Assembly (NCBI GenBank): GCA_003009755.1
Contig: PXUB01000042.1
Coordinates: 730 to 64,729, forward strand
DNA length: 64,000 bases
Direction: 5' to 3'
Source: Thermoplasmatales archaeon SW_10_69_26
GTDB lineage: Archaea; Thermoplasmatota; SW-10-69-26
A program made the translations under genes and the position numbers. A model generated the notes under the pieces. The model searched no databases. It saw only the letters and a program-made list of their open reading frames with translations, and was not told the origin of the DNA. Below, in pieces: positions 28,969-37,856 of the stretch (positions within the stretch are counted from its first letter, which is position 1; each line of letters begins with the position of its first letter).

Positions 28969-29183
28969 ATCGGGTCAAGAGACGTCCGCCCAGAGACCGG
29001 ATCTTGGATCCGGTCGAATCTGGAGACCCGGTGCCGTTGATCGGGTCTCCAGCCGGGCGGACTCCCCGGCATGTGAACACCGGGTCAAGCCCAACCGGAG
29101 TCCGCCCAGAGGACGAGCCCGCCAGGGCTCGTCCGAATCTGGAGGTCGACATCACCGCGCGACCTCCAGCCGCGGACTTCCTG
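28947..29183 (+). repeat. Tandem duplications of the thermosome 3' end with twin-hairpin inserts
   Basis: GGGCGGACT.CC.GG.ATGTGAA at 28947 and 29055, GCGGACTTCCTG at 29172. Each unit is GTCCGCCC-AGA-hairpin-GAAT-hairpin-CC-target. Confidence 0.85.
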
Positions 29184-29308
29184 ACGTCACCGTAGGGCCG
29201 GCCCTCGGGCCGACCCCTTCCCTCTTCCTCCCTTTCTCTTCTCACGACCAGTCGCGGTGCTGTTCCGCCCGATGGCCTCTTTCGACGACCGCCGACGCCT
29301 TGCTCGGA

Positions 29309-30373
29309 CTACCCGTCGAGGAGCCCCAGCACGCGGTCGTCCAGCGCCGAGGTCGGCACGTCGACGTCGGCGGGATCGACCCACTGCCAGGCTTCGCCGG
29401 TGACGACCTCCTCGCGCGGTTCGGCGGCCAGCGCCCGGACCTGCCACCGCTTGTGCGAGAACGTGTGCTCGACCCGCCCGATCGGCTCGGTCTCGTCCAC
29501 CTCCACCGCGAAGGGCAGATCCGGGGCGAGCGTGGCCGGCGGTGTGTCGCCGTGCTCGATCACCGGGGGGCCCCACAACCCGCCGAGCAGGCCATCGGGG
29601 TCGCGGCGGTGCACCAGGACCTGCCCGTTCCGCGCGAGGATCAGCGCCGTGACGGCGTGCGTGGACAGGTCCGGTGTCGATCGGTCGATGCCCAGCTCGT
29701 CGACCCGGGCCCCCTGGTAGGCCGTGCACACGGGGCTCAGCGGGCAAACCTCGCAGGCGGGGTCGACGGGCGTGCAGACGAGCGAGCCCAGCTCCATCAG
29801 CGCCTCGTTCAGGCGACCGGCTCGGCCCCGCTCGAACACCGGTCCCAGCCGCGTGCGGACCTCGCGTTTCAGCTTGTCGCTGGTAACCTCGCCCTCGATG
29901 CCCTCGACTCGGGCGCCCACGCGCGCCATGTTGCCGTCGACGGCGGGGGCCGGTTTGTCGAAGGCCATCGAGGCGATCGCGGCGGCCGTGTAGGGGCCCA
30001 CGCCGGGCAGCTGTTCCAGCTGGGATAGCCGGCGAGGCACCTCGCCGCCGTGCTCGTCCCTGATCTTGCGCGCCGTGCGCAACAGCCAGCGCGCCCGGTT
30101 GTAGTAGCCCAGGCCCTGCCAGGCGTCCAGCACCTCCTCCTCGCTGGCCTCGGCCAGGTCCTCGACGCCAGGCCAGCGCTCCAGCCAGCGCTCGTAGTAG
30201 GGAAGCGCGGTGCTCATCCGCGTCTGCTGCAGCATGATCTCGCGGACGAGCAACGCGTAGGGATCCTCGTCCTCGCTGCCCCGCCACGGCAGCTCGCGGC
30301 GATGCTCGGCGAACCAACCCAGCAGCCGCTCGTGCAGGCGGTCCAGCGCCTCGGGGTCCGAGGGTAGGCCCAC
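29309..30373 (-). CDS. mutY: A/G-specific adenine glycosylase
   Basis: RELPWR, EIMLQQT, WQGLGYY, LPGVGPYTA, VDGN, FeS cysteines and a NUDIX-like C-terminus. Confidence 0.93.
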   Translation of the reverse strand: MGLPSDPEALDRLHERLLGWFAEHRRELPWRGSEDEDPYALLVREIMLQQTRMSTALPYYERWLERWPGVEDLAEASEEEVLDAWQGLGYYNRARWLLRTARKIRDEHGGEVPRRLSQLEQLPGVGPYTAAAIASMAFDKPAPAVDGNMARVGARVEGIEGEVTSDKLKREVRTRLGPVFERGRAGRLNEALMELGSLVCTPVDPACEVCPLSPVCTAYQGARVDELGIDRSTPDLSTHAVTALILARNGQVLVHRRDPDGLLGGLWGPPVIEHGDTPPATLAPDLPFAVEVDETEPIGRVEHTFSHKRWQVRALAAEPREEVVTGEAWQWVDPADVDVPTSALDDRVLGLLDG

Positions 30374-30428
30374 GCGTCCCGGCAACCTCGCGGCCCACCT
30401 AAGCCTTCCGTCGACGCCGGCAGGGGGG

Positions 30429-30896
30429 TCAGCGGGTCACGAGCTCGATGCCTACCCGAGCGAGGGTCGGGCCCGGGTGCACGCCGGCCCCGTCCAGCAC
30501 GTCCAAGGCGTCGCGGCTGAGGTAGCACTCCTCGGCCTCGGCCGCCTGGGCTGTCTCGGCCAGCGTCGTTTCGAGCGGGGGCTCGAGGACGTGGGTCTGG
30601 ATGCGCTCGGCGGGGTCGCCGGCGGGCTCGAAGACGCCGGCCACCTCCTCCGCGTTGCGAGCCGCGATCTCGACGGCGTGCTCGCGGGCTCGCTGGGCCA
30701 GGACCTCGGCGACCGCGGTCAACGCCTCTCCGAGGTCGTCCGCGAGGGCGGAGCCCAGCAGGCGCGGCTCGGTCGGGACGAGGATCGCCAGGGGATCGAA
30801 GTGATCGCGCAGCGCCTCCTCGAGCACGCCGGGACAGCCGCGGGTCCCAAGATAGCAGACGGACCGCATCGTCGCGACCAACCGGCCGCGATGCAT
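30429..30896 (-). CDS. Hypothetical protein
   Basis: Acidic ORF with host-like codon usage; start uncertain. Confidence 0.55.
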   Translation of the reverse strand: MHRGRLVATMRSVCYLGTRGCPGVLEEALRDHFDPLAILVPTEPRLLGSALADDLGEALTAVAEVLAQRAREHAVEIAARNAEEVAGVFEPAGDPAERIQTHVLEPPLETTLAETAQAAEAEECYLSRDALDVLDGAGVHPGPTLARVGIELVTR

Positions 30897-30974
30897 CAAG
30901 GTGCCGGGTGCCCGGCTGGGGCGCCCTCTCGCAGGCAGGGACATTCATATATGGAAGGGGGCTTGCCGCCGTCG

Positions 30975-31430
30975 ATGGCCCTTCGCGTCCGGGACGTGAT
31001 GACGTCCGATCCGAGCACGGTCACGCCCGACACGCTGTTGACCGCCGTGGCCGACGAGATCATCGAGGAACGCTACAGCGGCGTCCCCGTCGTCGACGAG
31101 GACGACGAGCTCGTCGGCATCGTCGAGGTCGGCGACCTGTTGCCCCACCCCGAACAGGTGCCGTTCAGCCAGGTCGACGTGCTCGAGTTCCAGGGCGAAT
31201 GGGTCGACGAGGAGCACCTCGAGAACTACTACGAGCTGCTGCAGGAGCTCCGCGTCGAGGCGGTCATGCGGACCGATCCGGTGACCGCCGAGCGAGGAGC
31301 CCCGCTAGGCAAGGTGATCCGCCGGCTGCTGGAGGAGGACGCCCGACGGATCGTCGTCCTCGACGAGGGTGAGGTCATCGGTGTCGTGACCCGGACCGAT
31401 CTCCTCAAGTCCTTCGTCGGGTGGCCCTGA
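30975..31430 (+). CDS. CBS-domain pair protein
   Basis: VRDVMT...GVPVVD...LVGIV and VMRTDP...GVVTRTDLL. Confidence 0.9.
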   Translation: MALRVRDVMTSDPSTVTPDTLLTAVADEIIEERYSGVPVVDEDDELVGIVEVGDLLPHPEQVPFSQVDVLEFQGEWVDEEHLENYYELLQELRVEAVMRTDPVTAERGAPLGKVIRRLLEEDARRIVVLDEGEVIGVVTRTDLLKSFVGWP

Positions 31431-32647
31431 TGGCTGCAAGCGAGTTCGTCCAACCGCTGATCCACCTGTTCTTCCTGCTGCTGGCCGCGAAGATGACCGG
31501 CTGGTTGTTCCAGAAGGCCAAGCAGCCCGGCGTGATCGGGGAGGTCGTCGCCGGCGTCATCGTCGGACCAGCCCTGCTCGGGCTCGTCCCGGACACGCAC
31601 TTGATGAAGTTCGTCGCCGAGCTGGGAGCGATCTTCTTGCTGTTCCTCGTCGGCATCGAGACCCGGCTCGAGGACATCCTCGGCGTCGGCAAGGAGGCCT
31701 TCGCCGTCGGCGCCCTCGGCGTCATCGTCCCCTTCGGTGCCGGGTGGGCGATCAGCCTCTACGTCGGCTACAGCCAGGTCACCTCGCTGTTCGTCGGGAC
31801 CGCGCTCGTGGCCACGAGCGTCGGCATCACCGCCCGCGTGCTGCAGGAGCTGCAGGTCCTCTCCAAGCCCTACTCCCGCATCATCCTGGGCGCAGCCGTC
31901 ATCGACGACGTGCTGGGCCTGATCGTGCTCGCGATCGTGTCCGGCGTCGCCTCGACGGGCTCGTTCGTCGTGGGCGAGGTCGCCAAGCTCGTCGTCCTCT
32001 CGATCGTGTTCGTCGGCGGCGCCGCGGCGTTCGTGCCGGTCATGGGCAAGCTGGACATGGACTGGCTGCCCTTCGACAAGCCGATGGAGTTCGCGATCGT
32101 GTTCGGCGTCGGCATGGCCGCCTTGTCGGCCGTGATCGGGCTGGCCCCGATCGTGGGCGCCTTCTTCGCCGGGATGCTGGTGGCCGAGTTCGAGGCCCAG
32201 GACGATAGCTACGACATCGAGAGCCCGATCCAGGGCACCGGCGCCCTGTTGACCCCGATCTTCTTCGCCGTGATCGGGCTCCGGTTGGACTTGGCCGTGC
32301 TCTTCGAGACCGAGGTGCTCGTCCTCGGCGGGATCTTGACCGTCGTGGCCACGATCGGCAAGCTCCTCGGCGGGCTCGGCGCGCTCTCCCAGGGGACCCG
32401 CGAGGCGTCGATCGTCGGCATGGGCATGGTGCCTCGCGGCGAGGTCGGCCTGATCGTCGCCGCGATCGGCCTGTCGGCCGGCGCGGTCCAGGGAACCCAG
32501 TACGCGGTCGTGTTGTTCGTCGTCATCGCCACCACGATCCTGGCCCCGATCGCGATGCGCCCGATGATCCGCTGGGCCGAGGAAGCCGACGACGTCGACG
32601 AACCGCCCTCCGGTGCGACGCCGGACCTGCCCGACGTCAACTCGTGA
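31430..32647 (+). CDS. napA: CPA2 Na+/H+ antiporter, NapA-like
   Basis: ATSVGITARVL, GAAVIDDVLGL, GMVPRGEVGLIVA; many TM helices. Confidence 0.9.
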   Translation: MAASEFVQPLIHLFFLLLAAKMTGWLFQKAKQPGVIGEVVAGVIVGPALLGLVPDTHLMKFVAELGAIFLLFLVGIETRLEDILGVGKEAFAVGALGVIVPFGAGWAISLYVGYSQVTSLFVGTALVATSVGITARVLQELQVLSKPYSRIILGAAVIDDVLGLIVLAIVSGVASTGSFVVGEVAKLVVLSIVFVGGAAAFVPVMGKLDMDWLPFDKPMEFAIVFGVGMAALSAVIGLAPIVGAFFAGMLVAEFEAQDDSYDIESPIQGTGALLTPIFFAVIGLRLDLAVLFETEVLVLGGILTVVATIGKLLGGLGALSQGTREASIVGMGMVPRGEVGLIVAAIGLSAGAVQGTQYAVVLFVVIATTILAPIAMRPMIRWAEEADDVDEPPSGATPDLPDVNS

Positions 32648-33449
32648 GGGACGAAGGCAGCCGTAGCAGCTCTCGCACGAGGTTCGTCTTGGAGAACTCG
32701 CCGCCGGTGAACCAGCGCATGAACCCCTCCCAGCCGAACATCTCTCGCCGGATCGACGTCAACGAACCGCCGGCTGCCCGCAGCTCGTGAGCCTCGCGTG
32801 CACGCTCCGCGTACCAGTCCAGGGCGTCCGTCAACGCCGCTTCGGGGTCACTGGCGATCGAGCCGTGCCCCGGTAACAGCCGTCCGGCCTCGCGTTCGCG
32901 GAGCCGACGCAGGGACGCCAGCTCGGTCTCCAGATCCTCGTCGAAGCGGAGGTTGTCCCGGGTCCCGAGGTAGGCATCGCCGGTGAAAAGCCAGCCGCGC
33001 TCGCGGTGGTGGAGGGCCAGGTGGTGGCGGCTGTGACCCGGTGTCGGCACGGTCTCGAAGGTGCCGGCGGGCGTGGTGACCTCGCTCTCGAGGGGGCAGG
33101 CGTCGACCGGCTTAGCCTCCCCCCAGCTCTGGCGGCGGTACCCCGGCAACGAGGGCGGATCCGCGAGCACCTCAAGGGTGGGCTCGGGGGCGAACACCCG
33201 CGCGCCCTGGTCGGCCAAGGCGGCCGCCAGGCCGACGTGGTCCTCGTGGGCGTGCGTCAGCAGGACGTCGGTGATCTCCGTCTCGAGCACGTTCAGAACG
33301 TCGTCGACCCGGTTGGGAGGGCCGGCGTCGACCAGCACCGTGCCCACGCGGTAGAAGTGCGAGGTGACGGGCGCGAAGCCGACGACGCGACGTCCGGCGG
33401 TGATCCGGTCGACGTCGCCGCGCTCCTCGCGGCGCAGGATGGAACTCAC
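32637..33449 (-). CDS. MBL-fold metallo-hydrolase
   Basis: THAHEDH, TPGHS, FTGD, PGHG. Confidence 0.88.
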   Translation of the reverse strand: MSSILRREERGDVDRITAGRRVVGFAPVTSHFYRVGTVLVDAGPPNRVDDVLNVLETEITDVLLTHAHEDHVGLAAALADQGARVFAPEPTLEVLADPPSLPGYRRQSWGEAKPVDACPLESEVTTPAGTFETVPTPGHSRHHLALHHRERGWLFTGDAYLGTRDNLRFDEDLETELASLRRLREREAGRLLPGHGSIASDPEAALTDALDWYAERAREAHELRAAGGSLTSIRREMFGWEGFMRWFTGGEFSKTNLVRELLRLPSSLTS

Positions 33450-33538
33450 GGATCCCCAGCCGTCGGCCAGCTGAAAGCTTTGCCCCGGTGAGGCGTGCGA
33501 GCCAAGGTTTTTGCCTCCCGTCGCCGCTCGCGGCGACG

Positions 33539-34171
33539 ATGCCGGCCTCCGAGCTCGATCTCAAGCAGCTCAAGCTGGGTCCGATGGACAACTTCCAGTA
33601 CGTGTTCGGTCACCGCGACAGCAGTGAGCGCGCCATCGTCGACCCCGGGTTCGAGCCGGCGAAGATGCTCGAAGCCGCGAGGGAGGGCGGCCGCGAGGTC
33701 TCCCACATCCTGCTCACCCACGGCCACCGCGACCACGTCGCGTCCCTGGCCGAGGTCCGCAAGGAGACCGACGCCCAGCTCGTCGCGTATCCCTCGTCGA
33801 CGATGGGTCCCGACATCGACGCCGAGGACGGGGCCACGTTCGAGGTTGCCGGTGTCGAGGTCACCTCCCACCACACCCCCGGGCACGCGCCCGACCACGT
33901 CGTCTTCGTCGTGGACGACCAGGCCCTGATCAGCGGTGACGCGCTGTTCGTCGGCGACTGCGGACGCGTGGATCTTCCAGGCTCGGACATCGAGGCGATG
34001 TGGGAGACGCTGATGGAAACGGTCCCCTCCCTGGACCCCCACCTCGAGGTCTACCCCGGCCACGACTACGGGCCCGAACCCCACCGCTCGCTGGCGACCG
34101 AGCTCGAGGAGAACTTCACGCTCGAGAAGCGGGGGCTCGACGAGTTCCGCGAGTTCATGGGTGTGGAGTGA
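33539..34171 (+). CDS. MBL-fold hydrolase (glyoxalase II-like)
   Basis: THGHRDH, TPGH, SGDALF..CGR.D, YPGHDY. Confidence 0.9.
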   Translation: MPASELDLKQLKLGPMDNFQYVFGHRDSSERAIVDPGFEPAKMLEAAREGGREVSHILLTHGHRDHVASLAEVRKETDAQLVAYPSSTMGPDIDAEDGATFEVAGVEVTSHHTPGHAPDHVVFVVDDQALISGDALFVGDCGRVDLPGSDIEAMWETLMETVPSLDPHLEVYPGHDYGPEPHRSLATELEENFTLEKRGLDEFREFMGVE

Positions 34172-34173
34172 GG

Positions 34174-34535
34174 TCAGGCCCATCCGAGCCAGAGCTTGGC
34201 GAGCAGGCCGATGCCGAGCGCCCAGGTGAAGTTCGCGAGCGTGCCGAGGACGTAGTACGATTCGTGCTTTTCGTCCACGTCCTTCCGGATGAGGTTCTTC
34301 GCCGCGAACACGAGAGCCAGCGCGGTGAAGGCATCCACGACCACGAAGCTCAGGACGAGGACGTCCTCGAGCTTGCCGATGACGAAGCCCGGGCCCTCGG
34401 CACCGTCGGGTGTGTCTTGTCCGGCCTCTTTGAGGAGGAAATTCACCCACTTCCCGCTCAGTGTCAAGACGACGAGGTACGTGAGTGGCTAGACGAGCAA
34501 CGGATCGTGCACGTATCCAGCGGGGGATCAACCAT
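34174..34535 (-). CDS. DUF3307-like membrane protein (5' end frameshifted; intact frame 34174-34467)
   Basis: IGKLEDVLV...AAKNLIR...YYVLGTL pattern of SatD-neighbour proteins; the ATG at 34535 overlaps the upstream gene but is out of frame. Confidence 0.65.
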
Positions 34536-35178
34536 CCTCGGATCCTCCGAGCTCTCGAGCGAGGGCGTCCTCGATCAGTCGGCGGGTGCCGGTCACGTAT
34601 CGGGCCCGTACCGCCTTCAGGCTCTCCGAGATCGTCGGCTGCGTTACGTCGAAACGGTCGGCGACCTCCTCTTGGGAGCCGAGCTCCTGGTAGGCCTGGT
34701 AGACCTCGAGCCGGTGAGGCGTCCACTCGAGGAGATGGAAGTAGAGCAAGTTGACGAGCCGTTCGACCGATCCGTCGATCCGCCTTCCGTTGTGGAGGAC
34801 CCGGACGAGCGCACCCTCGCGATCCATCGTCTCGAGGGCCTCGGAAGCGTCGTGGATGGGTGGTCCGTCGAACCGCTGGAGGCTCCTCTCGTCCTCGGGT
34901 GGTACGATGTCTAGGGTGCCTCGCACGAGGGCGAACCTGGCGGGATGGGGATGGATCCCCGTCCAGAGCCTCCAGAGGATGGAACCGACGGGCGCGGACG
35001 GCGACAGGATACCTCCGAACTCGTCGATCCCTCGCAGGGTGGCGAACCTCGCAACCTGGTCGTCTCCATGCTGCTCGTTCGCCTCTCTGAGGGTCGATCG
35101 AACGTTCTCGCCGACCTGGTCCCGGCCGGGTTTCGACCGGGACCTCTTCAAGTCCGCGAGGAGTACGAGCGCGTCCAC
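34528..35178 (-). CDS. SatD-family protein (nucleotide-cyclase-like fold) with C-terminal HTH
   Basis: ADLKRSR, RGIDEFGG, FDGPPIHDA and SQEEVADRFDVTQPTISESL; lower-GC codon usage. Confidence 0.75.
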   Translation of the reverse strand: MDALVLLADLKRSRSKPGRDQVGENVRSTLREANEQHGDDQVARFATLRGIDEFGGILSPSAPVGSILWRLWTGIHPHPARFALVRGTLDIVPPEDERSLQRFDGPPIHDASEALETMDREGALVRVLHNGRRIDGSVERLVNLLYFHLLEWTPHRLEVYQAYQELGSQEEVADRFDVTQPTISESLKAVRARYVTGTRRLIEDALARELGGSEDG

Positions 35179-35188
35179 GTGGGTGGAA

Positions 35189-35317
35189 CTAGGTCATCCG
35201 CCCTATATCCTGGCATATAGGGTTGATAGCCTAGCCCCGCCGGGACCCCGACGCCGCACCGTCGAGGGAAGATAGGGATGAAAGCCTATATTACTTGGTA
35301 TAGCATGGGTAGCCTAT
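35189..35317. promoter_or_regulatory. Four 18-bp ATAGG-N8-CCTAT-type palindromes (operator array)
   Basis: Copies at 35189, 35217, 35272 and 35300, forming two pairs each with 28-bp spacing. Confidence 0.7.
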
Positions 35318-35356
35318 CCTCCTCCCCTTGCTGGCGCCTCGCCACCCTCGGCCCGG

Positions 35357-37204
35357 CTAGCCGGCGAGGTGGAACCCGTGGCCGTGGGCGTGGTCGAGCG
35401 CCGGCGAGTCCCCGTCGGCGAGGCCGACGGCGTCCACGATGTCGCCGGGCCCGACGGCCGTCGGGTCGGCCGGGTCCACGGCGACGACGAGGCCGGTCAT
35501 GCCGAGCGCGTAGTGGAATTCGCAGTAGTACGGGTACACGCCGGGCTCGTCGAACGTGTGCCGGTAGGTGTCGCCCACGCCGGTGAGGAGGCCGTCGAAC
35601 GAGTCGGGATCCCCGGCGTTGTTCTGGCAGGCCTCCGAGGTGGCGCCGGTGCAAAGCGCCTGGCTGGACGTGACCGTGTGTGGGATCGCCCCGCCGGTCC
35701 AGGCCAGGCTGGTGCCGGTGGGGACGACGATCGCCTGCGGCAGGAAGGACTGGCCGACGGCGGCGACCGGGGCTGCCGTGTCGTCGCCCACGGGGCTGGG
35801 GGACAGCGCGCCGGCGAGTTGGCCGGCGACGGGCGAGGCGGCCACGCGCAGGATCTGGCCGGCGTCGGCCACGTACATGGCGCCGTCGGGCCCGAACTGG
35901 ACGTCGGTCGGCAGCGCCAGGCCCTCGAGGAAGGCGTGGATGTCGGTGACCTCGCCCTGGTCGTCGAGGGCGACCTCGGTCACCTTGTGCGCCGTGTTGT
36001 GGCGGCTGGGGTGCTCGAGGCTCTCGACGATCGTGTTCTGGGCCTGGAAGAAGGCGCACTCGCCGACGAACACGCTGCTCGTGCGTTCCTCGGGGAACGT
36101 GAAGTCGGGGTGGCCCGGCTCGGCCTGCTTGGGGAAGTCGAGCCCCGTGGCGCAGACGTGGTAGCCAAGCAGGGCCTCGGCCGGCGGGCGGTCGGCGCAC
36201 GGGAAGTCCGGGTTCGGGGACCCGATCCACTGTTCCTTGCCGAGGTCGGTGATCTGGCCGGGCTCGCCCTGGCTAATGCAGAACGGGTAGCCGTGGTGGG
36301 CATCCTCGCGGATGCGTTCGAGCGTGTCCTGGCTGTTCGGGTTGTCGGCGCCGTTCGTCCCCGTGTAGGCGGTGCCCGCGAACGGGAGCTGTTGGGGAGC
36401 CCACGTGATGCCGAAGATGTTGCGGAAGCCGTGGGCGAAGACGTCGACCTTGTCCGCGAAGTCCTGGTTGCGGGGGTGGTCGACGACGTCCTCGTCGGCG
36501 ATCAGGTCGCCGTCGGTCTCCTGCCAGTGGAGCACGGCCGGGCCCTCGTCCGCCAGCCGGGCGGTGTCGACGCTCAGGAAGGCGCCGGTGTAGGGGAAGA
36601 CGTCCGTGTGACCGGTGCCGGTCCCGTTGCCGCTGTCGTTGGGGTTGCCCACGGGCAGGTACAGGCGGTCGTCCGGGCCGAAGCGGATGTGGTTGATGTG
36701 GTGCTGCCCGTTGGGGACGCCGTCGACGATCACCTGGCGGTCGCCGGTGGTCGGATCCACCTCGTACACGACGCCGAGGGGCCGCTGGGCGACGGCATCG
36801 TCGTAGCTGTCGGCGACGTACATCGAGCCCTCGTCGTCGAAGGCCAGCCCCAGCGGCTGGTTGAACCCGTCCGCGACCACAGTCCGGTCGACGGCGGCGG
36901 GCCCCAGCGGGGTCCAGGCCAGGTCGACGTGGACGATCTGGCCGTTCAGGTTGGCGTAGTAGAGGTCCTTCGTCGGGGGATCGGTGTCGGGGAGCTGGTC
37001 GAGCGCGTCGGGGCCCGCGTGGAACGTGATCACGGTCGGGGCCTGCGCGTCCGCCAGCACTTGCGTCACGAAGCCCTCGGCCGCGCGCGGCACCTCAGCC
37101 GAGTCGTGGGACGCCGGATGCGCGGGCGCCTCGTCCACCGGCGTCGAGCCGTGGTCGCCAGCCGCCACGGCTGCCGGACCGGCCAGCAGGCCGACGACGG
37201 CCAC
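35357..37204 (-). CDS. PQQ-dependent sugar-dehydrogenase-like beta-propeller fused to a cupredoxin domain
   Basis: PLGLAFD, HIRFGPDDRLY, HGFRNIFGITW; C-terminal HTVTS...YYCEFH...GM. The true start may be ATG 37254 with a one-base error. Confidence 0.8.
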   Translation of the reverse strand: MAVVGLLAGPAAVAAGDHGSTPVDEAPAHPASHDSAEVPRAAEGFVTQVLADAQAPTVITFHAGPDALDQLPDTDPPTKDLYYANLNGQIVHVDLAWTPLGPAAVDRTVVADGFNQPLGLAFDDEGSMYVADSYDDAVAQRPLGVVYEVDPTTGDRQVIVDGVPNGQHHINHIRFGPDDRLYLPVGNPNDSGNGTGTGHTDVFPYTGAFLSVDTARLADEGPAVLHWQETDGDLIADEDVVDHPRNQDFADKVDVFAHGFRNIFGITWAPQQLPFAGTAYTGTNGADNPNSQDTLERIREDAHHGYPFCISQGEPGQITDLGKEQWIGSPNPDFPCADRPPAEALLGYHVCATGLDFPKQAEPGHPDFTFPEERTSSVFVGECAFFQAQNTIVESLEHPSRHNTAHKVTEVALDDQGEVTDIHAFLEGLALPTDVQFGPDGAMYVADAGQILRVAASPVAGQLAGALSPSPVGDDTAAPVAAVGQSFLPQAIVVPTGTSLAWTGGAIPHTVTSSQALCTGATSEACQNNAGDPDSFDGLLTGVGDTYRHTFDEPGVYPYYCEFHYALGMTGLVVAVDPADPTAVGPGDIVDAVGLADGDSPALDHAHGHGFHLAG

Positions 37205-37341
37205 GAAGAGCGCGGCTCGCCGGAGCGTTCGAGCGTCTCGCCAACCGGTCGCATCGCGGGTTCCTATTCCAACGCCTCCCTCGAACTTCCATCACGCCCG
37301 AGAGCTAAAAACCTTCGTCAAACGGTCGGTTGAAACGACGC

Positions 37342-37761
37342 TCAGAACGGGCCCTTCTGCTCGGGTTCGCCGTCGTCGGCGCGCACGAACTCGTAGCGGA
37401 GCGGCACCTCGTGCCGGCTGCCGGTCGCGTACGGGCAATCGGGGCACTCAGTCCCGACCACGGTGCGGCCGCCCTCGAGCGTCATGTTCTCCACCTGGTC
37501 CAGGCGGCTGCCGCACACCGGGCACGCCTCGCGGGCCGGCTCGCCGGTCGTTCCCGTGCGGACGCGGACCTCGGCCAACCCGTGCTCGACCGCGAGCCGT
37601 CGGATACGCCGATCGCTGGCCCGTGCCTCAGGCTCCGCCTCGTGCAGGACCCGGCGGACGTTGGCGCCCAGCTCGGCTTGGCTGTCGACGATCGGCTGAC
37701 GACGGAGAGCCTCCTCGATCGCCGCGAGCAACTGCTCGTCGCCAGCGACGGTGTAGCCCAC
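37342..37761 (-). CDS. Hypothetical protein with Zn ribbon
   Basis: CPVC...CPDC; TTAA box ~25 bp upstream of GTG 37761. Confidence 0.75.
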   Translation of the reverse strand: MGYTVAGDEQLLAAIEEALRRQPIVDSQAELGANVRRVLHEAEPEARASDRRIRRLAVEHGLAEVRVRTGTTGEPAREACPVCGSRLDQVENMTLEGGRTVVGTECPDCPYATGSRHEVPLRYEFVRADDGEPEQKGPF

Positions 37762-37856
37762 GCCGACCTCGATGGCGTTCGCGGGTTTAAGCCTCCCGAG
37801 ATGCGTCGCCGCTCGCCGGCACACGCCTCATAAGGACCTCCTCCCTATGGTCCCGC

